Assembly: GCA_030141605.1 (NCBI GenBank) | Contig: JAQGDQ010000062.1 | Location: 620,001 to 684,000 of the forward strand | Direction: 5' to 3' | Origin: Tubiluchus corallicola | Lineage: Eukaryota > Animalia > Priapulida | DNA length: 64,000 nt | Shown here: positions 27,100-39,303 of the stretch, one piece after another | Numbering within the stretch: position 1 is the first letter of the stretch | Layout of the letters: every line of letters begins with the position of its first letter | The notes under the pieces: model-generated | Told to the model about the DNA's origin: nothing | Databases searched by the model: none | The model's input: the letters and a program-made list of their open reading frames with translations, nothing else | Position numbers and translations under genes: made by a program

Positions 27100-27680
27100 T
27101 GCTAAAATTAAAATGTATTTAACGTTAACGGCAGCTTTTAGGACAAGTACAAATACATCGTATGCAACGTTGTTATAGTTGTCATACTGTTATAGTTGTC
27201 ATATTTTCATTTATAAGCTGCATTTATAAATCGACTGCATTGATTGCTTTTATTGTGTATAATTGTCACGTTATGATTACTGATAGCTTTTGTTCATTTA
27301 CTACTTCTAAGATTTACTGCACAAATTTTCTTCCTTTTGTTGATTTGTTGTGCATTCATGATTTAACTACATTTTCGTTCATTCGCTGCATTTATGATTT
27401 AACCGCATTGCTTGCTTTTTTGTTGTTGCATTCGTGACTTAACTGCATCTTGTTCAGTTGTTGCTTTTAATATTTAATTGCATTATTTGCTTGCTTTTTT
27501 TCCATTGGTATAATCATAATATAACTGCATTGCATTTTGTTTGCAAGTTATATAGGGGTGGCTGACTCGATGACCTCCTGGTCTTTCGCCACCCCATCTC
27601 TACACACGTTACATAATTTGTTGCATTTGCACTATAAATATTATATTAGAGATAAATAAACCTTTTGAATTGAATTGAAT
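27100..27680 (+). mobile_element. 5'-truncated LINE 3' UTR remnant, related to the LINE at 50.7-55 kb
   Basis: T-rich UTR, stem-loop at 27555-27595 homologous to 50761-50801, AATAAA and (TGAAT)n tail; left boundary approximate. Confidence 0.75.
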
Positions 27681-27983
27681 ACTTGCCAGAACTGAAATTG
27701 ATACAAACAAAATGTATTTGATTTTGTTTTTATGTGGAAGATATTATAAACTATATTTAAATACCACGTAGAAAATTAACATAATGTACAACAGCGCACA
27801 GGTAATCTGCAGTTACATAATAGAGAGTAGACTCTAATTCCTAGAAAGACATTTCTTAATAAACGCTCTATGTAAAGCAACAATATGTTTGCAGATGCAA
27901 AACTCAAAGATTGTTTATAAAGCATAATTTGCCCTAACCTTCAAAAAAGTGTACAATGAATATTTATTTACACTTTAATAACT

Positions 27984-30092
27984 TTAAGTATTAAGCTCTG
28001 CGTGGTACGTAAATTGAAAACAGCCCTCATGAGGAAAGAATTTGAGCTCTAACTCAAGTTTTGTTAGTGTGTTGACACCGACTGGTTTTTGTAAAAGATG
28101 GACACCTTGCTGAGAATATCTGTCCCAAACACACATTTCACCAGGACGTGATAGCTCTACTAGCCCAGTACTAATTACCGTGCCTGGACAAAGTTCATAC
28201 TCCATCCAAAACACAATTCCATTGAGTGTGCCAGCAGCATCTATGTTTAACAGCACAGTGTTGATTTCATTCATCTGTGTAGTCACTGATTCACACATAT
28301 CAAATTCCATTAAAGTAGAAACTTTGCTTAATGCTATACAAGGATATTCCCATAATGGCTGAGGTTCAACATTTTTATCACTAATTTTTGAAGAAGTTTC
28401 TATCATTTCATCAAAGACACGAAGATCAAATTCTTCTACATAACCAACTGGAGCACGAATCTTCCACAAATTAGCAAAATCTACTGCAATAACTTTAATA
28501 AAAGCCTTTGATGGGACAATTTTTACATTATTCGATAAACAACCTGCCACTGCTGCTTCTGTGCATGCATACCAGAAACGAATGTTATCCCAAGGCAAAA
28601 CACTAGCCTGAAAGTAAGGATCACCAATCACAACATTAATCAATTCTTCACCAATACTGCTTTCAGGCGAAGGTAAAAATGATATACTTGACAGCTTATT
28701 GGCATTAACGTATAGTTCAAGAACACGTCTAAACAATGGTGAACTTTCTACAACATATACTTGTTTCGCACCCAACTTAGCTGCTAAAATTGGTAAAAGC
28801 GAGTTATCACTCAAACATAAACACACACTGTTGCATGAAATTAGACTACTTAACACAGCATTCCATGCTTGTCGTCGAACTTTGTCATTTAGCATACCAA
28901 TGCAAGTTCTGCTACAAGCCACATGCAATCCACAAGAGCAAACCGGTCTTTTTCCTCTACAAGAAACTGCATCCTTACTACTACTTTGTGCAGAAAACCA
29001 CAGGCTGTATTCATCATGATATGCATGCAGTTCAAAGACATCTTGTTCATTCAGGTATAACTGTTTGGGTAAATAGTAAATTGCTTGCATCCAGTGATCT
29101 CTCCATTGCATGTTGTCTGGTTCTGGATGGGCCCACCACGGTGCACAGCTAAGTATCACATCAGCACTCATATCCATTTGTAGTTCCCACCACATAAAAA
29201 CAGCATTATAGTGGCCATAGTTTTCACTCTGTGCTCTTACAACATTATGGCCAGATGATAGAAGTGGCACTTTACCCGTAAAATCAAAATGAAATACAGG
29301 AAGTGGATCAGCTGCTGTTTTAAATGAGGTATAAGGCAGTTGGTTTAACTGCAAGTCATGAACTGACGCTGCTCCGGCACACTGTTCCAACTCTGATGGA
29401 TTCATAACTTCGTCCTGTCCAGAAATATTAAGTGGATGAAGCCGATTCCAGGAATTAATGATGTCACTACAGATGAGTTGCACATACATGGTAGCACGTG
29501 CTGGAATAACTATACAGTCTTCTTCTAACAAGTAATCATGAGCATGACGAAATGTTTCTAGTGCTCCTTCTCCAATGAGTTCAGTGTCAAATACTTCAGT
29601 GACCAAAATGTTTGCTTTTTTGGTCATGTCTTTTCCACTCCCAACTTTTAGCTCCGTTGATCGCTTTGCTATAAGCTTAATCTTCCCAGCACAGCCATTT
29701 CTAACTATCACATGTCTCGCACAAGTTGCCATGGGTTCAAATGCCTCGCAAGCTGTGACAAAGTCAGCGCCACTCTTTGCAGCCATAAGTGAAAGTAGTC
29801 CCGTTCCGGTGCCAATATCAAGTACTCTTGCTTGTTTTCCACTTTTATGCATTTGCGATATTGCTGTACTTAAAGCTACATAATACTTTTTGTTTCTTTC
29901 TGCATCATGAAGCATATCTGCATAGGCTGATCGCGATATTTCTTGATGGTAGTCATACTTTTCATTTTGGACAATCCATTCACTTTTTCCGGTGACAACA
30001 TTAGTGCATGCCACAAATGTCCCCATTCTGACAGTTAATTTACGAATTATACCACACTGTACTGTTAATTTTTGGAGGCATTCTTGTAACAT
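27984..30092 (-). CDS. PRMT7: Protein arginine N-methyltransferase 7; intronless CDS
   Basis: 702-aa ORF with YADMLHD, motif I VLDIGTGTGLL, double-E loop VTEVFDTELIGE, WRDHWMQ and a second degenerate PRMT module; Met23 (30026, MGTFVACTNVVTGKSEW) matches the conserved start. Confidence 0.96.
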   Translation of the reverse strand: MLQECLQKLTVQCGIIRKLTVRMGTFVACTNVVTGKSEWIVQNEKYDYHQEISRSAYADMLHDAERNKKYYVALSTAISQMHKSGKQARVLDIGTGTGLLSLMAAKSGADFVTACEAFEPMATCARHVIVRNGCAGKIKLIAKRSTELKVGSGKDMTKKANILVTEVFDTELIGEGALETFRHAHDYLLEEDCIVIPARATMYVQLICSDIINSWNRLHPLNISGQDEVMNPSELEQCAGAASVHDLQLNQLPYTSFKTAADPLPVFHFDFTGKVPLLSSGHNVVRAQSENYGHYNAVFMWWELQMDMSADVILSCAPWWAHPEPDNMQWRDHWMQAIYYLPKQLYLNEQDVFELHAYHDEYSLWFSAQSSSKDAVSCRGKRPVCSCGLHVACSRTCIGMLNDKVRRQAWNAVLSSLISCNSVCLCLSDNSLLPILAAKLGAKQVYVVESSPLFRRVLELYVNANKLSSISFLPSPESSIGEELINVVIGDPYFQASVLPWDNIRFWYACTEAAVAGCLSNNVKIVPSKAFIKVIAVDFANLWKIRAPVGYVEEFDLRVFDEMIETSSKISDKNVEPQPLWEYPCIALSKVSTLMEFDMCESVTTQMNEINTVLLNIDAAGTLNGIVFWMEYELCPGTVISTGLVELSRPGEMCVWDRYSQQGVHLLQKPVGVNTLTKLELELKFFPHEGCFQFTYHAELNT

Positions 30093-30710
30093 AAGTCAAT
30101 TGATGTCAGCACGGAATTAAAACAATTCATATAACATAAATGTTATATAACTGTCATAAATTTTATGTCAACACATTTTTTTCTTCCACATCAATTTTTA
30201 AACAAAAAATTGAATATACTTTGCTTTGCACTGTGGATAAAGCAAAAAGAATGTCATTGACTACAACAGATAAGTGTCAAGTTCACCCCACAGACTCTTT
30301 TATTAGTTGCTTTCATGATTAGATCTGCGGTGCTATGATGTTGTAATTATTAACAGCTTTACAGATTTTAGGCTAATACGTTACAATAACTTAAATGCTG
30401 CAATAATAATTAATAATTAAACAATATTTTTTAATATTTTGCCATTAACTGTTATAACATTCAATTTTAATCATACGATGCTATCTGACGATGACGCAGC
30501 CGTGATTTTGCTAGAAGAGTAGTAATAACCAACTAGTCATAACCATCACTATTCAAGAAAAAAATGCTATCCAGTTAGATCCCGATCCCAATTATCAAAA
30601 TTACATATAGTAATAAAAAGTCAAGTTAACAAAACAACTAATCACTAAAAAACAAGGCCATGACAATATAATTATTAATCACGCATGCACCACGATGACC
30701 ATATTATTTG

Positions 30711-31462
30711 TGTAGGGCGCCGAGTAACCCACTAGCCGAAGTAGGACACTTCTGGTAAAACGCATGTGCTACATTTAGGGAGAAGCAGAGTCGTGCATGG
30801 GCAGCCCAAGAAGGGCACTAGCGATTTCTGTCGAGAATCGACATTTATGACATAATAAAACATAAAACTAAATTTGTTTTAGAAAAAAGTAACTTTATAA
30901 CAATGATGGATAGTCCTTGACAATTTACAAATGTATTTTTTACAACAATATCATCATCATTATTAGCTCCATTAATATCATCATAACATTAAACTAAGTA
31001 TCTAATGCTTTAAAGAGAGAAACTATGTAGGGCACATAACCCGTTTACTTAGTGGAAAACAATTATTTGGAGGGAGTCACCGTCTGTGAAGCAAGACAAA
31101 ATAAAAAATGATATACCGTAAGCAAATGTTGGAATTGTGCACTTATTTCACTTCAAAGAGGATTAATATTGGCAAATATTAATTATACTAGCTCAGAATA
31201 AAATTCTTTTATTTTATCAATGTATAATAAATTACTCAAGGGGTATTGACGTTTTTAATTATTATTATTACATAAACAAGGAAAACGGATGGTGCCAGTA
31301 CGCTTAACGACTCAATTCGCGACCTGTCTCTAGTGTCCTACTTGGGCAGCCCATGTACAATGCGTCCTACTTGAAGTAGCCCTTGTATGACGCGTCGTAC
31401 GTGGACTAGCCCATGGACGTCAATTGTCCTACTTCGGCTAGTGGATTACTCGGCGCCCAACA
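30711..31462. mobile_element. MITE with TGT...ACA ends and 5-bp TSD (Ginger-like)
   Basis: 38-bp TIR TGT(A/T)GGGCGCCGAGTAA(C/T)CCACTAGCCGAAGTAGGACA with 2 mismatches; TSD ATTTG at 30706-30710 and 31463-31467. Confidence 0.88.
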
Positions 31463-32759
31463 ATTTGGTCTAAAGTAACAGTAAAGTTTCAAAGCTCCAA
31501 AAACGCATCTCCGTTTTTCCCAGCTCCAATTCAGTTCAATTTGGTTTCTTTGCACTGAAGTTTCTAACAAATTAACTTGAAAATAATGCAGAAAAATATT
31601 TTAGCAAAGGATGACACAATATCCTCATAAGCCTATACTACAGTATAATGATGCAGAAGCTGGTAACAAAATAATAGATAGCAATAATAGCATCAGAAAC
31701 CACTAGTTAGAATTCTTAAGAGATAACAGCATGACGGACAATAACATTCATAAGCACAAAAAAATTAATGTTCATTTATGTTAAATTAATGTGGAAATAG
31801 TGATCCACGTACTATTTGCTGTTTCAGTGATAACGTTTTCTTAATTCGGAATTTTTAAAAATGTATTCACCTAATTAAGAGGATGAGATCAACGTTTTAA
31901 TCGCAATTCATTATCAATATTTAATTTAATTTCAACATTCATGAAAGCAAAATAGTGTTATTACTTATTACAGCAGAAAGACAGTTTGTATAGTTTGTTT
32001 TTGCAGGTTCTTCTATTTCAGTATATATATAGTCTACTGGTACAGTAGTCGTGCAATCTTTCTTGAGCAGATGTAAGCAAGTTTTTCAAACATGCATTGC
32101 CAAGCAAGCACGATTTGAGTATCCATCTATCCATTTCAAAATCATGGTAGCTTCACTTTCGCTTGCCCTTAACGTTGGTACTTTTTTATTTTGTACACAA
32201 ATTAGGTAAGGTTTCATTTGATAATAATTGTATTTCAGTTCTTCATAAAATCTTTATTTTTGTGGCCTCCTTCTTTCCTTTCATCTCTATTATATTTCTG
32301 CAGTCTATTTTTTATTATTTATTTTTTACGTAGTACAAAAATATAAAGACAAGAATGAGCACAGAACAGAATTCCGTTGCTGCTTTACTCTACATTCGCT
32401 CAGGATGTCGAAGATTGGACGTTTTGCAGGATATTGTCTGAAAAATATTGGAGATAATTTAGTTACTTTAGGGTTTTGGCAAAATAATGTAGACTTTAGT
32501 GTAGTGTTTTATCTTTCGAGCTTATATTTGTTAAACGTAAGACAGTGATAATTTCATATATCTGCACTGCCATATAGCTTTCGTATTTCACTGCAGATAT
32601 TATGATAAGGCATTGACTAGAATATACTGGTCATTGACCTTGATGTGCATGTGTTTTCTCATTTACGGTATTACACTATTCCTTAGGATACCTCGGGTTG
32701 TTATTGCAAAGTAAAAGCTTCTAGCTAAATCTTGTGTAAATGTCGGATGTCAAATCCTC

Positions 32760-35720
32760 GATTGGGGCCTTAGAGTTATAGACCAGAACTCATGAAGCCC
32801 AGTCCTTATCCAACCTATTTTTAATGCATTTAAAAAATTATACTACTAGTCTTGGTATAGATACCACTTTAGTTAGTGGACTGTTCCAGGTGTTAGCGGT
32901 CCTACTTGAAAAACATGAATTCGTACTGATTTATTTGCTCTAGTCTTATGGGTTCCGTTAATGTCTGCTTGTTAAAGTTCTAGGAATCTCTGACCTGAGA
33001 TATAACTTTCGGCTAGCAATATTCAGGGCGCTATTACACTAGTTTTTTCGCACCACCTAGTTTTTTCTGGCCTATTGGTTGTTTTCACGCCTGCAGGCCA
33101 GAAAGCAGACCAACAGGCATAATATACACCATATTCCCATAATATTATTGGTTCTTAGACCTTACAATTCCAGATTAAAATCATACATTACTTACTGTCA
33201 CCATCATGCAAAAAGCTCCACGTGAATAACTGTGCTTACACCACTAATGCGCAATCGCTCTCGCACAGTGATGATGTGGCCCTTAACGTGTATTTTTAGT
33301 TTCTCTGTCAGACCCAGTGTATAGTCAGACCCAAGCAGGCATACACGAGGAAATTATTTTAGACCACTACAGTTATTTATCATTAATTTTATTTATTACT
33401 GTAGTATTATTACTATTAGATTATAAAAAAAGTAAAGGTTTTTTCTTTATTTCGTAAATGCGGTCAAGATGAAAGTGTGTCACGTGCCTTTTAAGCTAGG
33501 CCCTGATAATGCATAAACTAGTACGAAATTCGTCACGTGACTACACACACAAACAAGATAGCGATACGAACTGTATAGGTGTAGAACTGTGAATACAACG
33601 TAATTATTGGTAATTATACCTAAATATATGATTAAATTACCACGAGATTAGCGGAAACATTCACTGATGACGTGAGAATAATAGAATAATGACCTACGAG
33701 CCTAGAAACGAGTAATAACCTAGAAAAAACTAGGCTGTGCGAAAGTGTAATAGCGCCATATTCAGTTTCGTACTTTTGGTGCATTATTTTATATATTTCT
33801 GTCTTGTTACCTCTATGCTGTCTGTAAGCCAATGTAGATAGTTTGTTAGACGTTCCATCTCAATTGGACAAAAAGTTGTGTTGCCACTATCATAAATTTG
33901 GCTGAAATTGCTAGGATATATTCCATGTGTTTGAAATGGAGTTTCCATCTGTGAAGTATTACTTCCATATAATTACTTATTTAAAATAATGCCATTATAC
34001 ATTGGCTATCATCTTCAACTACTTCCCTGTACCATTACTTTTTGCTTTATTTCCTTGTAAAAAGTTAGAAATCCAGGTGACAATTCCTCTATTTATTATA
34101 CAGTAAGTGCCGTTTATTAGACTCATGGTTAATAGACTCAGTCGCTTAGTTGACTCAAAAACACCTGGACCGGGCTGCTCCTATTCAAATGTGTAGAAAA
34201 ACTGTAGGTAATGGACTCAAATAACTCCTCATAATTGATTCAGTATTTTACTACACTCACTTAAAATAAGATACTTATGTGTGCACGCAAAGAGCTTTTA
34301 CTGCTTTTCTTTACGTCGATTTTTTGCACTATATTATACGTTTATATTATATAATATACGTAGAACAGTCAGTTAGGTGCAGCTTTGTTTGTAAGCAGGT
34401 ACAGTATGTTTATCATATGTGCTATTCAGTGCTAATATGTAGCGGTTTTGCTTTGAATCTGTCACCCGCTTGTCGGCTGCGATTAACCTCGTTGTTTCTG
34501 CAAGCTAAACATTTGATCACTTGCTCAGCCGTTTGCTTTTGAAGCTCGTGCTGCCTTTCACAAGGTCATCACCAACTGCAGCTCAAGCACTAAGTGTTTT
34601 GCATGAATGTGTGCAGCTTACAAGAAGAGATTTTCAATGTATTTATCAGTATGAGGATTTTGTAAACCAACTTCTTCGTGAAAAAAATGAAGCAACCGAC
34701 CTTGCATGAATTTTTGTAATTTTTCATGGCAATAATCAGACTTTTGCGATTTTTTTTCTTTTTTTCACTTATATAAATATATAAATCATGCTTCTTAAAT
34801 AATTGCACATAGGTATTTTTGATATTAATTCATGTCTAAGATTCATTTAAAGCTTTAGCTATGCATACTAAGGTGATGAGCGATGACTCATACTTGTACA
34901 ATAGTAATATACTAAACCCTCTGGCTAATTGACTCAGTCAGTTAATTAGGTCAAAATACTTCCCTCCCAAAATGAGTCTATTAAGCGGCACCTACTGTAC
35001 CGCGTGATACACGAGCTTTCGAAGAAGTCTGAAATGTGATACTCTGTAAAAGCCTTTTCACTCCGTTTCTACTAATGCAAACTGAATCTCTACTTTATGA
35101 ATAAAATACCAGAGTTTCTCCTGATATTCTCTGTTTTGTACATAGAGTAACGCCATTTCAAATTTCTTGATAATTCTGGTCTTTCATGACTCTTTTAGGT
35201 AACTTACTCATATTTGTAACGAAAATCTTCCTTCTAGTTTCCATTAGTTTCTTATCTCCTTTAGATGGATTAATTTTCATCTTTTTCCATTTTGGTTGAA
35301 TATACTTCATTAAATAATAATTTAGTGGCTCTTTACAAAATAATCCCCTTCTGCCTTAACTATCTCATTATTCGTTTCCTGTCTGTTTTAAGATTTTCCA
35401 TTCCTCAATACTCTTATAGCCTGTATTCTCTCATTAGTAATTGATTCTATATTCTCAGTGGTTGTAATGTTATCTGTTTTTATACAAATCATCTACTTCT
35501 CTATTTACCATTTGTTCACTCTGACTTTCTGGTTCACTTTGATTTAGAAGATTAAAGTAATATTGTTCAAAATCTAAAAAATCTAAAAAAAATTCTGTCT
35601 TCCTGTATTACCCCACGTTTATTCTTCATGGCAATTACAAGCTTTTTCTTATTTGTATAAATTTCATTGTTAAATTTTCCAATGCCTGAAAGTGTAGTTT
35701 ACCTTTAGAGTGATTTTGTT
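32760..35720 (-). mobile_element. Highly decayed CR1-like LINE interrupted by insertions
   Basis: Remnant peptides EKAF..RVSHFRLLRKLVYH (~35000-35060), IVTWISNFLQG (~34055-34085) and FSSRTANTWNSP (~32875-32915); boundaries approximate. Confidence 0.6.
34101..34997. mobile_element. Tc1/mariner (pogo-type) MITE
   Basis: TIRs CAGTAAGTGCCGTTTATTAGACTCAT / ATGAGTCTATTAAGCGGCACCTACTG, TA on both sides; splits the LINE RT remnant. Confidence 0.88.
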
Positions 35721-36336
35721 AAAAGTGTTTCATATTTTGACACTAATAGCTAAATGGATTTTTATACAGTTAAAAAATACTTAAATAGTTAATGCTACAT
35801 TATAAGATAAAATACATAAATGATAATGATTAATGCAAATTATTATCGAAACCTTACTAACGCTGTCCCATATTTTTGATGATGTGTTGTGCATTTCTGT
35901 AAAACTTTTCCTATGTTAATACTACAGCATGTGAAACTGAAATTTTAACTGTAGCAAAGCTGTGATGTATAATAATTTTGAGAGATTTTCCCTGCCATAG
36001 CCACGTGCATGCTGACAATTAACAATACCTTAATTTGCTGTGCTGATGAATCTGGTGCCCTATTAAATCTTATTAAAATATTGCTCATATAGACATAACT
36101 TTTATGACACGTTCTAGACCACTACTGTGTTTCAACAAATATAGCCTACGTTTAGGTGTACGATCTTGTTTTGTTATGTTGAGTGTACAGGACTCATTTC
36201 TGGATAATAGTAATGTTCTTAGGTCTATAACAGGCAGTGATAATGAATGTTACTAGCATTGAATGAAGTCTTGTAATAACACTAAGTCTTGATAATCACA
36301 CTACTGAATGTTTTACTGAATCTTGTTTTAGGCAGC

Positions 36337-36555
36337 ATGAAAAGTATCTGTCAATTTCGACAACTGTACAGCTCATTGAGAGCCTGTCAAGGGATTGTGC
36401 CTGCTCGGCACATGGCAACACTTAAAATGTTCAGTAACAAGCCATTAGATGATGACGATCGCATTTTTACCAATTTGTATGGACGTCATGATTGGAAATT
36501 GAAGGGAGCTAAAGCTCGAGGAGACTGGTACAAAACTAAAGAGATTTTGTTAAAG
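36337..36555 (+). CDS. NDUFV1: NADH dehydrogenase (ubiquinone) flavoprotein 1, coding exon 1
   Basis: Acceptor ttttag 5 nt before ATG; transit-peptide-like N-terminus then [25 protein letters not shown]; donor GTAAGT at 36556. Confidence 0.93.
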
Positions 36556-36660
36556 GTAAGTTTACCTTGGATATGAACAACTTAAGATGCTGAAATTTTT
36601 TTATTTTTGCTTTTGAATACATAGGCGTCCTGTGTTCATGCTACAACAAGTAAAACTATG

Positions 36661-37142
36661 CAGTCATACCTCTGTTTTCGACCATAATTCATTCCTAAAA
36701 AATGTTTGAAAACTGATTTGGTTGAGTACCGAATCTTTTATTCCCATAAGAAATAATGTAAAAGCAAATAGTCCGTTCTCAAGCACCAAATGAACTGTAA
36801 GTATTACTAAAACGAAATATAATAATGCAAAAATGTTTATTCAAACAGTAGATATGATATAATTGATAAGAAAAACATAGTAGAATTACTTTGAAAGAAA
36901 ACATAATTATTCCTGCATGAAAAAGCGGAGAAGAATAAGAGTAGAAAGCACTTAGCGATGTTAGGCAATTAAAATCTTGTGCGTGACTACTCTCGGGCAC
37001 GGTCGGATGTGTTTATCGCGTGTTTGCCGATTGGTCGAGTACCGAAATTCTTATCGAAAGCGGAGACAATTTCAGCTCAAATTTTCTGGTCAAAAACCGA
37101 TTTGTACGAGTACGCAGACGGTCGAAAACGGAAGTGTAACTG
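36661..37142. mobile_element. Tigger-like MITE in NDUFV1 intron
   Basis: Imperfect TIRs CAGTCATACCTCTGTTTTCGACC / GGTCGAAAACGGAAGTGTAACTG; TA on the right, TG on the left; internal ttcccataagaaataatg motif. Confidence 0.8.
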
Positions 37143-38392
37143 TACATTAATTTACATTTGCTAGTGTACGATCAACATAATCATAACCATTTATGCGTGG
37201 CACTAAAGTATAATGTATTGTTAGTTATATTTTCTGTGGTTATATGAAGACTTGACTATAATATTTGTGTTTTTGCATAAATGTCTGTTCTGATGATGGC
37301 CTAAGAATAAAGAGGCTGAAACAATACATTTAACCCTTGGCCACCAAAATGGGTACAAAAACACCCCACGCACGTTTTAGTAATACTTGTCCATGAGGCC
37401 GCCATTACAAGTCTTCTGTGTTTAAATTATTATTTGTCTGCTATAAGCAGATGTCTTTTGACATCTTGCATGCCATTTACTTCCACTATAATTACAACAC
37501 AGTGGAGAGTGTTTCACACCAGTGCCAGTATTGTAGTCATATCGATTTTCTCCATTATGTAATATAGACAAAATAAGGAAGTAGACAAATGTTAAATTTG
37601 CCAAAGTTGTGCAAAAATGGCCTATATTAGGCCCAGGTATGAGCGGATACCGGATTTGCTGTCATGCGGTTATGGAATCCGCACTAATTTTGCGGATTTG
37701 CAGGTTACGGATAGTGAATTATGTGCAGATATGTGGACTGTGGATTTTTAAATGGCTAAAATTGCAGATTTTACGTGAAATTACAGCATACGAAAGCCGC
37801 TTATGTTTGCACAAAAAGTTTACCCAATTTCAGTTCGTTATGCATTTCTTTGCACATTAAAAGGATGTTCTCATCACCTCGTGCTTTTTTTCTGCTTCTC
37901 AATTTTTACCTGGAAATTCCTAGACTCAAAACATTTGCTTATAATTACAAATATTATAATTTTTTACTTGAGCTTATTACCTATTTGTGGTGTGGTGTGA
38001 TGGGCATGATATGTCTAATGTACATCATGGGGTGTGAGTTGTCGTTGAGGGTTTACAAGCATAATTGGGTTCTAGCTAATAATTTATGATTGATGCGCGA
38101 TTATAACTCCTAGTTTCATACAAAGAAAAACGATTATAGGGCACACATAGCAAGCCTAGTTAATTTGTTGCCTACATTTTTGTGGATAATGTGGATATTC
38201 ATTTGTCATGCAATCCACGGATTTTGCAGATGGGGATACAGTTGTGGATAAATAAAAAAATAAAATATAAACTAAATAAAAACATGCTGTCTAACATGTC
38301 TGCTTTGAGTTGTCATATTCAACTAAGTGAATCAATGACTGCTTTGAATTGTCAAGTAAATATTTTTGGTGCAAAATGCTTTTTTGGATCAG

Positions 38393-38546
38393 GGTCAAGA
38401 ATGGATTCTGAAGGAAATAACGAAATCTGGTTTACGTGGTCGAGGTGGCGCAGGTTTTCCAACTGGGATGAAATGGGGATTTATGAATAAACCATCGGAT
38501 GGAAGACCAAAATTCTTGGTCGTGAATGCCGACGAGGGTGAGCCAG
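38393..38546 (+). CDS. NDUFV1: NDUFV1 coding exon 2
   Basis: AG acceptor; [17 protein letters not shown]...[10 protein letters not shown]; phase-1 donor GTAAGA at 38547. Confidence 0.95.
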
Positions 38547-38960
38547 GTAAGAAGCCATGCAGTAAGTGAATGTTGGTTGATGATAGTGAACCAAGTAAGA
38601 AGCCATGCAGTAAGTGAATGTTGGTTGATGATAGTGAGTCAAGTAGGAAGCCATGCAGTAAGTGAATGTTGGTTGATGAGAGTGAGCCAAGTAAGAAGCC
38701 ATGCAGTAAGTGAATGTTGGTTGATGATAGTGAGTCAAGTAAGAAGCCATGCAGTAAGTGAATGTTGGTTGATGATAGTGAGTCAAGTAAGAAGCCATGC
38801 AGTTAGTGAATGTTGGTTGATGAGAGTGAGTCAAGTAAGAAGCCATGCAGTAAGTGAATGTTGGTTGATGAGAGTGAGCCAAGTAAGAAGCCATGCAGTT
38901 AGTGAATGTCAGTGAGATAGAGCCAAGTAGGACGACAAAGTTGAAAGCCATGCAGTAAGT
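38522..38960 (+). repeat. 48-bp minisatellite derived from the exon 2 end and splice donor; 8 regular copies plus 1 degenerate
   Basis: Unit gtaagaagccatgcagtaagtgaatgttggttgatga(t/g)agtgag(t/c)caa. Confidence 0.95.
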
Positions 38961-39303
38961 ATAAATTAATTACGTAAATTGAAGTCTAACAATCTTTGAG
39001 ACTATTTTTTGCATTTTGATGCGATCTTTCATTTAAAGGTCTCTTAGTTGAGTGAAACTTAATTCACTTGAAAATTTGATTTTGTTTTATTGTGTGTTCT
39101 CTGGGAAATGCTCATTTATTAAAATTGCATGTAAAGCAATTACTTGTAGTTGGGTGCCTAGTAAGAGTAAGGCCTTCTGAAACAATTTTTTCTGTGGACA
39201 TTGGCGGCGGGTCTATAACTTTAAACAAATGTCAAGTAATATTACAGTTTCTTAGAAGCTAGATAGTTTTTGTTTACAGCCTAAATTTAAGTTTATATTG
39301 CAG

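Noticed and set aside
27555-27595. Hammerhead ribozyme or SECIS element
   Set aside because: CUGA and GAAA fall on opposite strands and there is no CUGANGA core or third stem; no SECIS quartet with apical AA
38481-38951. Repetitive ORFs of 156 and 129 aa
   Set aside because: By-products of a 48-bp (16-codon) intronic repeat
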